A DNA stretch of 64,000 nt from an uncultured Gammaproteobacteria bacterium (GCA_964573135.1 CAZNIO010000002.1:2535-66534); one strand, 5' to 3'; positions 10,903 through 21,883 are shown, counted from the stretch's first letter. Numbers and translations: made by a program. The notes: a model not told the origin generated them from the letters alone.

Positions 10903-11538
10903 TTACTCCGTCTGTTTGGTTAACGATTTTAAATATTTAATTACACCAGCTGAATTAATCACATCAGCATATCTTGTTTCTAAGTTGATCAAACTTTGCC
11001 GATGTGCATTTTTATCGCGATCAACAACTGCGTCCACAACCACAATTGGCCTATAACCATAAGATATAGCATCAACGGCAGTAGCTTTAACACAGCCACT
11101 GGTTGAGCAACCAATAATAATTAAAGTATCAACCTGTTTAAAATTTAACTGCGAAGCAAGATCAGTTCCAAAAAACGCCGAAGCATAATGCTTTTTAACT
11201 GTTTTATCCCAATCCTCTTTATTAATCCGTGAATCTATCTCAACTGCCGATGTTCCTTCCATTAGAGTATTTAACCCGCTTTGTTTTAAAAACCAAATAC
11301 CCGCTTCTGAGATATTCTTATAACAAGTGAGAGAAAAATAAATTGGAACATCTTTACTGCGGGCGGCCTGAATAACTCTGTTTATTATCTCAATTTCTCT
11401 ATTCATCACCATGCCCAATGGAGAATTTGTATTACTAAAAGCATTCATCATATCAACCACTATTACAGCTGGTCTTTCTCCAAAGCCCATTTTTTGACCG
11501 AACCCTCTTTTAATATAAATTTCTTTTACTTTCTTCAT
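10903..11538 (-). CDS. Isochorismatase-family cysteine hydrolase
   Basis: Conserved GCSTSGCV catalytic-Cys region and the family-typical fold pattern (VIVVDMMN..., DxK...). Confidence 0.8.
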   Translation of the reverse strand: MKKVKEIYIKRGFGQKMGFGERPAVIVVDMMNAFSNTNSPLGMVMNREIEIINRVIQAARSKDVPIYFSLTCYKNISEAGIWFLKQSGLNTLMEGTSAVEIDSRINKEDWDKTVKKHYASAFFGTDLASQLNFKQVDTLIIIGCSTSGCVKATAVDAISYGYRPIVVVDAVVDRDKNAHRQSLINLETRYADVINSAGVIKYLKSLTKQTE

Positions 11539-11541
11539 ACT

Positions 11542-12681
11542 TCATAGATTCCTCCTTTTTCTTGAAATTATTTTTAAGTACCCTTTTAATTTATTTAATT
11601 GCTCTGTCTGTTCAATAACCATGCATCGATCTACCACCTCTCCGTAAAAATCCAACAACTCCTGTCCGTGCAATCTCTTAATATTCCCGATAAAATCCAT
11701 ACCTGTTAATGCATCATTATAAATCGCAATCGGAATATCAAAATCAGCGACCTCAGGATATAAAGATTTTATCCCAGTCTTAAATTTTGACCCACTGCGA
11801 AATATCAATTTAAATAAGTCGCCATGATACTCAATATTTAAATAAGCCTCGGCAGTATAAACAAGAAAATCAGTTGATTCACTTCGGTCAGACAACTTAA
11901 AATGCTTGACACCTATTTGCTCATATTCTCTTATATCTTCCGGCCTAATAAAGGGGCTGGCAGGGAGTCGGATAGGGTCATTCAAATATTCCAATGAGCA
12001 CTTAGCAATATATGGATCAAATCTGGTTGTTATATGCTTATCTCCACTTTGCGACGCATAACCAAAAAACTTGTAATGAGCATCTCTCCATGGACAATGG
12101 CTCAGACATGGAATATTTGCATAGAGCACCACGGGGATATCAAGAGCACCAACAATTTGCTTGATCATTTTAAAATCCCTATTGATTGTAAAAGGACTCA
12201 AATGAATAACATCAACTCCCATGTCCTCATGTTTTTTAGCCTGCTCGACTGTATCCACGCCAGCAATTAACGAGAGATAAACTCCCAATCTTGGAAATTT
12301 CTCTTTAACTAACCCAATCAAAAAAGGATGGGTGATTGTCAAACAATCAACCCCAGCTTCTTCGTCAAGCCTGGCTATAAATTCAACCACTTCTTTCACC
12401 CATGATTTGTCGGCCTCCCTACCTCCAAAATCAGGGGCATTCATCGTATAGTTAAACCTAATGCCATACTTATGAGCATCTCTTACATGCTTAATCATTT
12501 GCTTCCACGAAACATCAGGTAACCGATAAGCTGGCCGGCCACTGCCGGTAATACCTGTTTTAAGGGATCCAAAAATCTCAGTAACCCTTCTGTCTTTCTG
12601 CTTATATTGCTGATTAAGTTTATGCAACCGAACCAGCAATTCATTATCATCCCACGATGTGGCAATTGCGAACTCAGTCAT
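11542..12681 (-). CDS. Peptidase U32-family (TIM-barrel) protein
   Basis: Pattern similarity to U32 family proteins (hk.gi..y.t.N..., vD.l.i.hp.l.gl..e..P.l...lS.....N......k..G...I.LS.e.....I..I......P..L...N.PCLSHC). First gene of a three-gene minus-strand operon. Confidence 0.5.
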   Translation of the reverse strand: MTEFAIATSWDDNELLVRLHKLNQQYKQKDRRVTEIFGSLKTGITGSGRPAYRLPDVSWKQMIKHVRDAHKYGIRFNYTMNAPDFGGREADKSWVKEVVEFIARLDEEAGVDCLTITHPFLIGLVKEKFPRLGVYLSLIAGVDTVEQAKKHEDMGVDVIHLSPFTINRDFKMIKQIVGALDIPVVLYANIPCLSHCPWRDAHYKFFGYASQSGDKHITTRFDPYIAKCSLEYLNDPIRLPASPFIRPEDIREYEQIGVKHFKLSDRSESTDFLVYTAEAYLNIEYHGDLFKLIFRSGSKFKTGIKSLYPEVADFDIPIAIYNDALTGMDFIGNIKRLHGQELLDFYGEVVDRCMVIEQTEQLNKLKGYLKIISRKRRNL

Positions 12682-12762
12682 AATCGTCTCCCATTTATTG
12701 GTTTTTTAAAATTTCAGTTTATTAACCCATCTTAAGAAAAAACAAAAATATATTCAACCAGG

Positions 12763-12844
12763 CCGTCGTTTTTTAACAAATATTTGACTTTTTGCCTAGG
12801 ATAAGCTAAAATTTGAGTATTAAAAAACGACGGAAAAGCCGTCG
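12763..12844 (+). promoter_or_regulatory. Candidate operator/promoter of the TrmB-family regulator. The palindrome arms CCGTCGTTTTTTAA / TTAAAAAACGACGG flank TTGACT-N17-TAAAAT, followed by the hairpin CGACGG-AAAAG-CCGTCG.
   Basis: Read directly: three CCGTCG/CGACGG half-sites at 12763, 12828 and 12839, with the -35 at 12784..12789 and the -10 at 12807..12812. Confidence 0.4.
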
Positions 12845-12856
12845 TAAATAGAGCAT

Positions 12857-13600
12857 ATGAAAACCAACAAAATATTAGAAAAGCTAGGTCTTAACAAAAA
12901 ACAAGCTTTAATATATAGTGCTGTCCTGGAAATTAGCCGTGGTAGCGGGCAAACCATTGCCGAAAAAGCTGAATTACCCAAATCCACCACCTATGACATC
13001 TTAAAATCCCTAACTCGTCGTGGCCTAATTAGTGTTTATCTAAAAGGGAAAAAACGCTATTTCACTGCCAATAATCCCAGTATCTTTAAAGACAAAATCA
13101 AAGAACAAAATGAAATTCTAACTAAATTTCTACCAATTCTTGAATCTCTTTATATTACAAGAGACCGTAAACCAGGGGTAAGATTCTATGAAGGCAAAAA
13201 GGGGATTGACATCGTTATTAAAGAAATATTAAAAGAAGCAAGGAATATGATATCATTCGGCTCTGTCGACGATATCTTTGCAAAACTCCCTGATTATTTC
13301 CCAAAATTTTCACAAGAGAGAGCTAAAAGAAAAATTCCTATCCGCATAATTCTAAGATCATCCTCTCTGGCTATTGAAAGGCAAAAATCCGGCCCCAAAG
13401 AATTACGCCAAGTAAAAATTATTAAAACTCAAATAACTTTTCACTCTCTTGTTTGGTTATGGAATAATAAAATTGCATTAATCACATTAAAAGAAAACTT
13501 ATCAGCGACTATAATTGAAAGCCACGAACTAACCAATTCACTCAAGGCATTATTTGAGATCGCCTGGAACTGCCATTGCCAAGACGCAAATGAAGTATAA
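12857..13600 (+). CDS. TrmB-family transcriptional regulator
   Basis: N-terminal wHTH LGLNKKQALIYSAVLEISRGSGQTIAEKAELPKSTTYDILKSLTRRGLI typical of TrmB. Confidence 0.7.
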   Translation: MKTNKILEKLGLNKKQALIYSAVLEISRGSGQTIAEKAELPKSTTYDILKSLTRRGLISVYLKGKKRYFTANNPSIFKDKIKEQNEILTKFLPILESLYITRDRKPGVRFYEGKKGIDIVIKEILKEARNMISFGSVDDIFAKLPDYFPKFSQERAKRKIPIRIILRSSSLAIERQKSGPKELRQVKIIKTQITFHSLVWLWNNKIALITLKENLSATIIESHELTNSLKALFEIAWNCHCQDANEV

Positions 13601-13678
13601 AAATAACTTACCCAAAAAATACTTTACTAAACCCCATAAATTATATATCCTTAAAACATAACTAACTAACTTCAATAT

Positions 13679-14743
13679 ATGCCAACTACACTTTTTGGAT
13701 TTAATCTCACTCATTATGAACTCTGGGGTAATACTTTAGATGAATATCTCCTCACTTTAGCCGTATTTATCGGCTGTGTCATAATATTTAAAATTTTCCA
13801 AAGTATTATCATCCATCGTCTAAAAAAATTAGTTAAAAAAACCAAAACTGACATTGATGATACCCTACTCGAGATAGTACAAAGCCTGCGTCCCAAATTC
13901 TACTTCCTAATCTCCTTCTATATAGCCCTTAATTTCCTCATAGTCCACCACATTATACAAAAAACAATTGAAGTAATTCTCATCATCTGGATAATTTATC
14001 AAATTATTAAAGCAGTTCAAATCCTAATAGAATTCATTGCCCAAAAAAACACTGATGAAGAAAGCGAAGGCGAAACCAAAGCAGCTATAAATCTCATTAG
14101 TAAATTAGCCAGCATAGCTCTTTGGGCATTGGGGCTTTTGCTCGTCCTCTCCAACTTAGGCGTTAATATCACTTCGCTAATTGCTGGCCTAGGCATTGGT
14201 GGTATTGCTGTTGCTCTTGCACTTCAAAATATATTAAGTGACCTTTTCAGTTCATTTGCAATATATTTTGATAAACCATTTACCATCGGGGATTTTATCA
14301 TTGTTGGTGATAAAATGGGAGAAGTCGAAAAAATCGGTATTAAAACAACTCGCATTAAATCCATCCAAGGTGAAGAGTTAATAATTTCAAACCAAGAATT
14401 AACATCAGCTCAAATCCAAAACTTCAAAAAAATGGAAGAACGTCGCATCGTTCTTTCTCTGAGTGTTCTCTATGAAACACCAGGGGCAAAATTAGAAAAA
14501 ATTCCCAACCTCATACAAGAAACTATTCAAAGCGTCACTAAAACCCGTTTTGATCGCGCACATTTCAAGTCCTTTGGTGACTCAGCCCTCATATTTGAGG
14601 CTGTTTATTACGTTGAAAGCGGCGAATATCTAGATTACATGGATACCAACCAAGAAATCCATTTTAAGCTTAAAAACGCCCTTGATAAGGAAAAAATCGA
14701 GTTTGCCTACCCAACTCAAACCCTTTATCTCAATAAAAGCTAA
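13679..14743 (+). CDS. Mechanosensitive ion channel (MscS family)
   Basis: TM helices followed by the conserved MscS pore/beta-domain region (LGVNITSLIAGLGIGGIAVALALQN...FDKPFTIGDFI...GEVEKIGIKTTRI). Confidence 0.85.
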   Translation: MPTTLFGFNLTHYELWGNTLDEYLLTLAVFIGCVIIFKIFQSIIIHRLKKLVKKTKTDIDDTLLEIVQSLRPKFYFLISFYIALNFLIVHHIIQKTIEVILIIWIIYQIIKAVQILIEFIAQKNTDEESEGETKAAINLISKLASIALWALGLLLVLSNLGVNITSLIAGLGIGGIAVALALQNILSDLFSSFAIYFDKPFTIGDFIIVGDKMGEVEKIGIKTTRIKSIQGEELIISNQELTSAQIQNFKKMEERRIVLSLSVLYETPGAKLEKIPNLIQETIQSVTKTRFDRAHFKSFGDSALIFEAVYYVESGEYLDYMDTNQEIHFKLKNALDKEKIEFAYPTQTLYLNKS

Positions 14744-14828
14744 AACCCTTGCTTTTCTTAAGGGTTTATGATAATATGAGATAAATAAATCCTCATGTAT
14801 TCAATATAAATTAACTAGTCAAAATACA

Positions 14829-15287
14829 ATGAAAAAATACGAAATCCTGTTCTTTGTGCCTGTTACCATGGAATCTGAAAAAATAGAGCAAACCAGAAAA
14901 CAAGTCGTCGAGGCTATTGCCAAACATGAAGGCAAGGTCACTACAGAAGAAGAATTTGGCAAAAAAAAGCTTGCCTATACCGTCAAGCACACAAGGCATG
15001 GTCATTTTATTTTAGTAATCTTTGAATCAGATAAAGATAAAATAGATTTAATTAAACGAGAGCTTAATCTTATCACAGAAATTGTCCGCTACCGCTTAGT
15101 GATTAAAGAAAAAATAGACCACATACCAAGACCAGTCATCAAACAAGAAAAAGAGGAGACACCACAGGCCCCAAAACAAGAAGTAGAAATCAAAAAAGAA
15201 AAAATTGAAACAGATGAAAAAGTCGATCTCAAAGAACTTGATCTAAAAATCGACGAGTTACTTTCCGAAGACGAAGAAAACCTCTAG
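14829..15287 (+). CDS. rpsF: 30S ribosomal protein S6 with acidic C-terminal tail
   Basis: MKKYEILFFV...HEGKV...GKKKLAYTV...GHFILV; it sits in the conserved rpsF-ssb-rpsR context. Confidence 0.85.
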   Translation: MKKYEILFFVPVTMESEKIEQTRKQVVEAIAKHEGKVTTEEEFGKKKLAYTVKHTRHGHFILVIFESDKDKIDLIKRELNLITEIVRYRLVIKEKIDHIPRPVIKQEKEETPQAPKQEVEIKKEKIETDEKVDLKELDLKIDELLSEDEENL

Positions 15288-15295
15288 TTTAATAA

Positions 15296-15775
<480 letters not shown>

Positions 15776-15798
15776 AATAATTTAAAATATCTTGAACT

Positions 15799-16020
15799 AT
15801 GAACAAAAATAATCCAGTAGAAAAACATTGCCATTTCTGTGCCAATCAAATAAATAACATTGATTGGAAGGATATTCCTGCTCTTCAACGCTTTATGTCA
15901 CACTACTGCCGTATCGTACCCAGAAGAAGAACTGGTCTATGTGCCAAGCACCAAAGAAAAATATCAAAACTTATCAAAAGAGCCAGGGAAATGGGCCTCA
16001 TGCCTTTTGTTAGAAAATAG
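15799..16020 (+). CDS. rpsR: 30S ribosomal protein S18
   Basis: CHFCANQINNIDWKD...LQRFMSHYCRIVPRRRTGLCAKHQRKISKLIKRAREMGLMPF. Confidence 0.9.
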   Translation: MNKNNPVEKHCHFCANQINNIDWKDIPALQRFMSHYCRIVPRRRTGLCAKHQRKISKLIKRAREMGLMPFVRK

Positions 16021-16022
16021 TT

Positions 16023-16586
16023 ATGCTATCAATCAATGACCTTAAGGTAGGTACTACGTTTAAATACCAAGGCCAACCATACCAAATCGTCAAAGCCAGT
16101 CATCTCAAAATGGGCAGGGGAGCCGCAGTTCTTCAAGCTAAATTCAAAAACCTGCTTAATGGCAATACTCTAGAAAAAAACTTCAAACAATCAGACAAAT
16201 TAGAGGAAGCTGAAGTCGAAAAACGAAGTGCAGATTATTTATATCGCGAAAAAGATGAGTGCTATTTCATGGACGAAAATTATGAACAATTCTTTGTTAA
16301 CGCAGACGTTATTCAAGATAAATTAAAATTTATCAAAGACTCATCACCAGTCAACGTACTCTTCTTTGAAGATCGAGCCGTTGGCATAGAGCTTCCCCCA
16401 AAAGTTGACTTAAAAGTAACTGAAGCCCCTCCAGCAGTAAGAGGCGATACCGCGCAAGGCTCTGTCACAAAACTTATTAAACTTGAAACAGGTCACGAAC
16501 TTCAAGCCCCCATATTTATAAAACAAGAGGATATCGTCAGAGTCAGTACAGAAAGTGGGGAATACGTTGAAAGAGTTAATAAATAA
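16023..16586 (+). CDS. efp: Elongation factor P (Arg at the modified-loop position: KMGRGAA)
   Basis: Three-domain EF-P signature. The loop KPGKG is replaced by KMGRG. Confidence 0.9.
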   Translation: MLSINDLKVGTTFKYQGQPYQIVKASHLKMGRGAAVLQAKFKNLLNGNTLEKNFKQSDKLEEAEVEKRSADYLYREKDECYFMDENYEQFFVNADVIQDKLKFIKDSSPVNVLFFEDRAVGIELPPKVDLKVTEAPPAVRGDTAQGSVTKLIKLETGHELQAPIFIKQEDIVRVSTESGEYVERVNK

Positions 16587-16596
16587 AATCTTAATT

Positions 16597-16632
16597 AAAA
16601 AGACCTGGGAATTAAATCCCAGGTCTTTTTAA
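16597..16632. terminator. Bidirectional rho-independent terminator between efp and recA
   Basis: AAAAAGACCTGGGA-ATTAAA-TCCCAGGTCTTTTT, a perfect 10-bp stem flanked by A and T runs. Confidence 0.6.
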
Positions 16633-16650
16633 TTACATAATAATATTCTA

Positions 16651-17670
16651 TCATTCCTTCTCTTTGAGCACCTTCCATATCTTGCCGCCAATCTCTTTCA
16701 TAATCTTTCTATTCTCTCTTAAAAATTGTTTGGCATTCTCTCGGCCAACTCCAAGTTTTACCTCCCCATAGCTATATGAATGACCGGCTTTTTTAATCAC
16801 CTCACTCTCAACACCTCGGTCTAATATATCCCCTGGTAACGAGATGCCTTCATTATACATGATATCAAACTCGCAAGTTTTAAAAGGAGGCGCTACCTTA
16901 TTCTTCACAATTTTAGCCTTTACTCTATTACCAATAATCTTGTCTCCCATCTTAATTTGTGCTGACCGACGGAGCTCAATTCTCACCGATGAATAAAACT
17001 TCAAGGCCATACCACCCGTAGTGGTTTCCGGATTACCAAAAACTACACCTATTTTTAATCTAGTTTGATTTAAAAATATTACTGTTGTACCCGTCTTGCT
17101 AACAACCGCAGTCAATTTACGCAGAGCCTGGCTCATCAAGCGTGCTTGCAACCCCATATGTGACTGGCCCATCTCCCCTTCAATCTCTGCCCTAGGCGTC
17201 AAAGCCGCCACTGAATCAATTACAACCAAATCTACCCCGCCAGAACGCACCAATGTCTCCACAATTTCAAGAGCCTGCTCTCCATTATCTGGCTGTGATA
17301 TTAAAAGTTCATCTACTTTAACCCCAATTTTTTTAGCATAATCAGGATCAAGAGCATGCTCCGCATCCACAAACGCTGCCACTCCACCCAGTCTCTGTAC
17401 AGTAGCCACTGCATGCTGAGATAAGGTAGTCTTACCAGAGGCCTCAGCCCCATAAATCTCCACCACTCTACCCTTTGGTAATCCTCCAACACCAAGAGCC
17501 AAATCTATAGACAAACAACCAGTGGGTATACAAGGCACCTGTTGTTTCTTTATCTCACCAAATTTCATAATGGCCCCCTCTCCAAACCGTTGCTTTATTT
17601 CATCTATCGCCGTCTCAGCAGCCTGTATTTTCTTATCATCCCCCTTGCCCCCCTCTACTTTCTTAGGCAT
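16651..17670 (-). CDS. recA: Recombinase RecA
   Basis: [17 protein letters not shown] (Walker A), [21 protein letters not shown]2 loop and C-terminus. TGA stop. Confidence 0.95.
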   Translation of the reverse strand: MPKKVEGGKGDDKKIQAAETAIDEIKQRFGEGAIMKFGEIKKQQVPCIPTGCLSIDLALGVGGLPKGRVVEIYGAEASGKTTLSQHAVATVQRLGGVAAFVDAEHALDPDYAKKIGVKVDELLISQPDNGEQALEIVETLVRSGGVDLVVIDSVAALTPRAEIEGEMGQSHMGLQARLMSQALRKLTAVVSKTGTTVIFLNQTRLKIGVVFGNPETTTGGMALKFYSSVRIELRRSAQIKMGDKIIGNRVKAKIVKNKVAPPFKTCEFDIMYNEGISLPGDILDRGVESEVIKKAGHSYSYGEVKLGVGRENAKQFLRENRKIMKEIGGKIWKVLKEKE

Positions 17671-17702
17671 ATATTTCTTATATTTAATTTACTAATAATA
17701 AC

Positions 17703-18350
17703 TTATTTTCTTAAATATTCAATTGCTTTCCTTATCTTACCAGAAAAATCCTTATCCATCAAAAAAACTTTCATCTTGTGCTTAACAACCTCTTTTTTAA
17801 TAATTTTTGAATAATCACATGCCATTTTGGCAATCTTTTCTAAAGTTTCCTCCTTTTTTGTCCTGCCCAATATCCAATCATTATGTGTACGACTTTTCTT
17901 AATACCTTTCAAAAATTCCTTTTGATTATTCTTAACTAAAAAAACTGCTCGTATATTGTCCTTACCATACCTGTGCATTAGCTTAGCCGCTAGTCTGGGC
18001 TCTATATGATACCCTTCAATAATATGGTCATTACCATCCGTCATTTCACCTAGAACCATCATATCAATAGCTGTATAAACAGCCTTTGCCTGGCGCCTAT
18101 AGGCGTCTATTATACGCTCTATACTATACTCCTTATACTTTAAATCATTATTCCTCTTAGTCTTAATTGTCATCTTGCTTGCAGGAAACTTCTTCAATCT
18201 CTCCTCTTTGTCCATATATGCCCAAACAATAGACTGCAATGTATCAACAGCAATCCATGGTACTTTAATTTTACGAGATAACTCCCGTGCCAAAGTTGTT
18301 TTACCGCACTTTGGCGGCCCGCCAATTAAATAAATCATATTATTCAACAA
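17703..18350 (-). CDS. P-loop NTPase / kinase-like protein (hypothetical)
   Basis: Walker A LIGGPPKCGKTTLAREL near the N-terminus. No further assignable domain. Confidence 0.45.
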   Translation of the reverse strand: MLNNMIYLIGGPPKCGKTTLARELSRKIKVPWIAVDTLQSIVWAYMDKEERLKKFPASKMTIKTKRNNDLKYKEYSIERIIDAYRRQAKAVYTAIDMMVLGEMTDGNDHIIEGYHIEPRLAAKLMHRYGKDNIRAVFLVKNNQKEFLKGIKKSRTHNDWILGRTKKEETLEKIAKMACDYSKIIKKEVVKHKMKVFLMDKDFSGKIRKAIEYLRK

Positions 18351-19005
18351 TTATTCGCCGATAAATCACTTTTGACTTACCATATCTTTTCCTGGCTTCT
18401 AGCTTAATTACATTTAAACCCGGATTCAAATCTATGTCAACCAAAAAATATCCATCTTCCCCTAATGCTATTTCATCATCATTTAAGCGCACCAAAGACT
18501 CATCTCCAACATACCCCAAAATTTTGATAAAAGATAGAGTTGTTACAAAGTTCTCCTCTGGATAAACCACCAAAAAACGGGGTGGTGAGACTAAAGACCA
18601 AATTTGTTGACCCAGATAACCAACAATTAAAAAAACAACAATTCCTATTAAAACATTTCTAATAATTCTGGGTAAAACCACAAATCTTTTTCTCCCTACC
18701 CCAAATTTTTCAGCTCCTACATTTTTACTTACCCTATTAAGCCTTAATTCTTTTTCATACTTATCCTTTATTTTTACAAAACTAATCCCTAAAAATTCAG
18801 CATATTTTTTTAAAAAATTCTTCCTATAAATCTCACCTGGAATTTCTTCCCACTCATTATTCTCTAATGCATTTAAATAATGCTGGCTAATTCCCAATTT
18901 TTTCTCAATTGCCCATAAAGACAAATTAAGCGCTTTACGCGCTTTTTGTAAATCTTCACCAAGAGAATCTGTGGTGATTATTCTTTTTTGTCGAAAAACA
19001 ACCAT
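18340..19005 (-). CDS. RodZ-like cytoskeleton protein (XRE-type HTH + TM + C-terminal domain)
   Basis: HTH LGEDLQKARKALNLSLWAIEKKLGISQHYLNALE, one TM helix (VLIGIVVFLIVGYL) and a beta-rich C-terminal domain. Confidence 0.55.
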   Translation of the reverse strand: MVVFRQKRIITTDSLGEDLQKARKALNLSLWAIEKKLGISQHYLNALENNEWEEIPGEIYRKNFLKKYAEFLGISFVKIKDKYEKELRLNRVSKNVGAEKFGVGRKRFVVLPRIIRNVLIGIVVFLIVGYLGQQIWSLVSPPRFLVVYPEENFVTTLSFIKILGYVGDESLVRLNDDEIALGEDGYFLVDIDLNPGLNVIKLEARKRYGKSKVIYRRIIVE

Positions 19006-19013
19006 AAAAAATA

Positions 19014-21263
19014 TTATCTTTCTTCTTCCTCATCAAGCTCTTCTTCTTCTGCTACTTCTTCCTCTTGAGTCTCTTCTTCTATTTTGTCTTCTGCATATTC
19101 ATCTATAATCTCATTATCACCAATTTCTTCGGAGCTAGCAACTAAAATCTCTCTCGGTTTAGATCCTTCTTGAGGACCAATTGCCCCCTCCTCTTCCAAT
19201 AAATCCAAAATTCTTGCAGCGCGTGCATAACCAATTCTTAATCTTCTCTGTAAATATGAAGCCGAAGCCTTGCCTGCTTTAATAACTAAATCTCTGGCTT
19301 CATCTAAAAACTCATCCGAATCTTCATCCTCAAAACCAGAAGATACTCTAACTCCAGTAGCACCACCAGTAGCTCTTTCAACTACTGCCTCATCATAATC
19401 AGATTCAGCTGATTTACGTAAATAACCCACCACATTCTCAATATCTTCATCACTCGCATATGCTCCCTGCAAACGCTTTGGTTTTGAAATTTCTGCTGAA
19501 GTGAAAAGCATGTCTCCTCTACCAAGCAACTTCTCAGCTCCAGACACATCAAGTATTGTACGTGAATCCGTCAAAGACGCCACCGAAAACGCAATCCTAC
19601 CAGGTATATTTGCTTTTATAAGACCAGTGATAATATCAACTGATGGTCGCTGAGTAGCCAAAACTAAGTGGATTCCTACAGCTCGAGACATTTGTGCCAA
19701 ACGTATAATCGCTGCCTCTACTTCAGCAGAGGCCACTGACATCAAATCTGCCAACTCATCGATCATAAATACCAAATAAGGCATCTTCTCCCTTGGATGA
19801 GCTGTGTTATAACTTTGAATATTTCTCTTACCAGCATTTGATAAAACATGAAAACGCCTCTCCATCTCAGAGATTGTCCATTTTAATGCATTAATTGTTT
19901 TTTTAATGTCCACAATCACCGGTGTCATCAAATGAGGAATATCATTATACCCAATCATTTCTACTCTCTTGGGATCAACCAAAATCATCTTTAATTCATC
20001 GGGCTGATTTTGATAAAGCAAAGATACAATAATGGAATTTAAACACACCGTTTTACCAGAATTAGTCGCACCCGCTACCAATAGATGAGGTAACCTACTC
20101 AAATCGGTAATCCACGGCTTACCAGCCACATCTTGCCCCAAAACAATAGTTAAATTAGATTTTCTTGTTTTAAATTCTTTCGATTCCAAAACCTGTCGCA
20201 AAGGCACCACTGCAATTTTCTTATTAGGCACCTCAATACCTACCAGCGCCTTACCAGGAATTGGCGCCTCAATACGAATCGGATGTGCTGCCAAAGCTAA
20301 AGATAAATCATTACCCAAACCCACTATACGCGATAATTTAACACCATCCATGGGACGAAAAGTATATTGAGTGACGGTTGGGCCAATAGATATCTCTCCC
20401 ATCTCAACCTCAATCCCAAAATTATTAAGTGTTTTTTTAATAATCTCTTGGCACAAGGTAGTATCTCTGGCTGTCGGCTCACCTGCTTTCGCATTTAAAA
20501 GATCAAGCGGAATATCAATCCGTGGATATTTCTTTCTTCTTTTTTTGGGGCGATCCTCATCCCCCTCTTCTTCATCTTCTTCCTCCTCTTCCTCCTCTTC
20601 TTCCTCATCACTATCAGCCAATTCTCTTCGGTCAAATTCAACTTCACCCTCTTCTTCCTCCTCATCCTCTTCTTCAGAATCTTCTCCTTTCCCCCTTACT
20701 CTCTTATTCACAAAATCTCCCATGCCTTGCCTTAAATTTTTTAAGGTAGCTCTTTCAATTAAGGATTCAAGCGTAGTATTAAACATAAGTAACACACCAA
20801 TCACCAAAAAGGCAAACATTACTACCATCGAAGCCCAACGACCCATCATCGCAAAAAATGGATAGCTTATAGCAAAACCAACATAACCCCCACCCATGCC
20901 ATCTTTTAAAATTTCCTTATACGATTCAGGATCCTGTACCAAATGAAAAAATCCAGAATAACCCAAAATTAAAAGCATCACTCCAATCCAATTAATCATT
21001 CTAAAAGAATGTTTGGTATTTTTTAAATTCAAATATCCAGCAGCTAAGAGCACCAAAGGAAATATCCAAAAACCCCAACCAAATACCAATTCCAAAACCC
21101 TATACATCCATCTACCAAATCCACCCGCCAAATCAAAAATAGACAGTAAGCTTATAAGAGCTACTGCGAAGATTATAACAATAAAAATACCTTTTTTAGT
21201 TGAATTCTCTACTTCCAAAAAATCACCAGAAAACCCAAATTTTCTCTTTTTCCTTCTTCCCAT
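19014..21263 (-). CDS. ftsK: DNA translocase FtsK/SpoIIIE with a long acidic low-complexity linker
   Basis: N-terminal TM helices, Walker A VAGATNSGKTVCLNSII, Walker B LVFMIDELADLM, C-terminal gamma wHTH (ASASYLQRRLRIGYARAARILDLLEEEG). The poly-Glu/Asp insert is coding low complexity. Confidence 0.9.
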   Translation of the reverse strand: MGRRKKRKFGFSGDFLEVENSTKKGIFIVIIFAVALISLLSIFDLAGGFGRWMYRVLELVFGWGFWIFPLVLLAAGYLNLKNTKHSFRMINWIGVMLLILGYSGFFHLVQDPESYKEILKDGMGGGYVGFAISYPFFAMMGRWASMVVMFAFLVIGVLLMFNTTLESLIERATLKNLRQGMGDFVNKRVRGKGEDSEEEDEEEEEGEVEFDRRELADSDEEEEEEEEEEDEEEGDEDRPKKRRKKYPRIDIPLDLLNAKAGEPTARDTTLCQEIIKKTLNNFGIEVEMGEISIGPTVTQYTFRPMDGVKLSRIVGLGNDLSLALAAHPIRIEAPIPGKALVGIEVPNKKIAVVPLRQVLESKEFKTRKSNLTIVLGQDVAGKPWITDLSRLPHLLVAGATNSGKTVCLNSIIVSLLYQNQPDELKMILVDPKRVEMIGYNDIPHLMTPVIVDIKKTINALKWTISEMERRFHVLSNAGKRNIQSYNTAHPREKMPYLVFMIDELADLMSVASAEVEAAIIRLAQMSRAVGIHLVLATQRPSVDIITGLIKANIPGRIAFSVASLTDSRTILDVSGAEKLLGRGDMLFTSAEISKPKRLQGAYASDEDIENVVGYLRKSAESDYDEAVVERATGGATGVRVSSGFEDEDSDEFLDEARDLVIKAGKASASYLQRRLRIGYARAARILDLLEEEGAIGPQEGSKPREILVASSEEIGDNEIIDEYAEDKIEEETQEEEVAEEEELDEEEER

Positions 21264-21584
21264 AATATTAGTGAAAAAATTAAGTATAACTGTATTTTAT
21301 CATCTTATCCCTATAGCTACAATAGCTACAACATATCCAGTAGGTTATCTAGGCTAGCGAAGTGATTACTACTAACTTTAGTATAAATTTGTATAGTTTC
21401 TAAACCTAATAATTACTAAATATATCCAATATCCTAGTTTACAGTCCGCGATAAATTTTTATTGATTTGCATATTCTAGGAATCTTCAGTTATAATAAAG
21501 ACAAGAATTAAAAATAATAACATAAAGTATAGATAACATACAAATTACAAGCATTATCAATCAAAAAGTTTAGATATACGCTAG

Positions 21585-21825
21585 TTGTCAAAAATATCGT
21601 TCGCTCCACTCCGCTACCGCTACGTTACACTCCTCAATTTTTGACAATGCCGACGAATAGGCTTGGGCCTTCTAAGAGCTCACGATTCTTCTGACAACAA
21701 CGGATAAGCGGCTCGCAACGACCCTACTGGCTTCCCTGCTCGGCCCAAACCTAACTCAGTCCTTTCCTTAGTCTGAAAGCCTTCGGCTTTCACCCTGCGG
21801 AAAGTCCTTCGTTAGGCTTCGCCTA
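21585..21825 (+). repeat. Copy A of a ~231-241-nt GC-rich structured repeat. It contains an 11-bp inverted repeat (TTGTCAAAAAT...ATTTTTGACAA), a UUCG hairpin and a 69-nt attC-like palindrome (ACCTAAC...GTTAGGC) at 21749..21817.
   Basis: ~99% identical to copy A' (3 substitutions and one 10-nt indel). It lies immediately upstream of the ORF at 21884. Confidence 0.75.
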
Positions 21826-21883
21826 TCCGTCGGCATTATTCGAAATATATTTTTATTTTTACTTACCATTTAACTAAAATTTT

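Noticed and set aside
20371-20865. Plus-strand ORFs (164 aa, 75 aa) and an apparent trinucleotide repeat inside ftsK
   Set aside because: They are antisense to the FtsK acidic linker (poly-Glu/Asp codons GAA/GAG/GAT give Ser/Leu/Pro-rich antisense ORFs). This is coding low-complexity sequence, not a separate gene or repeat element.
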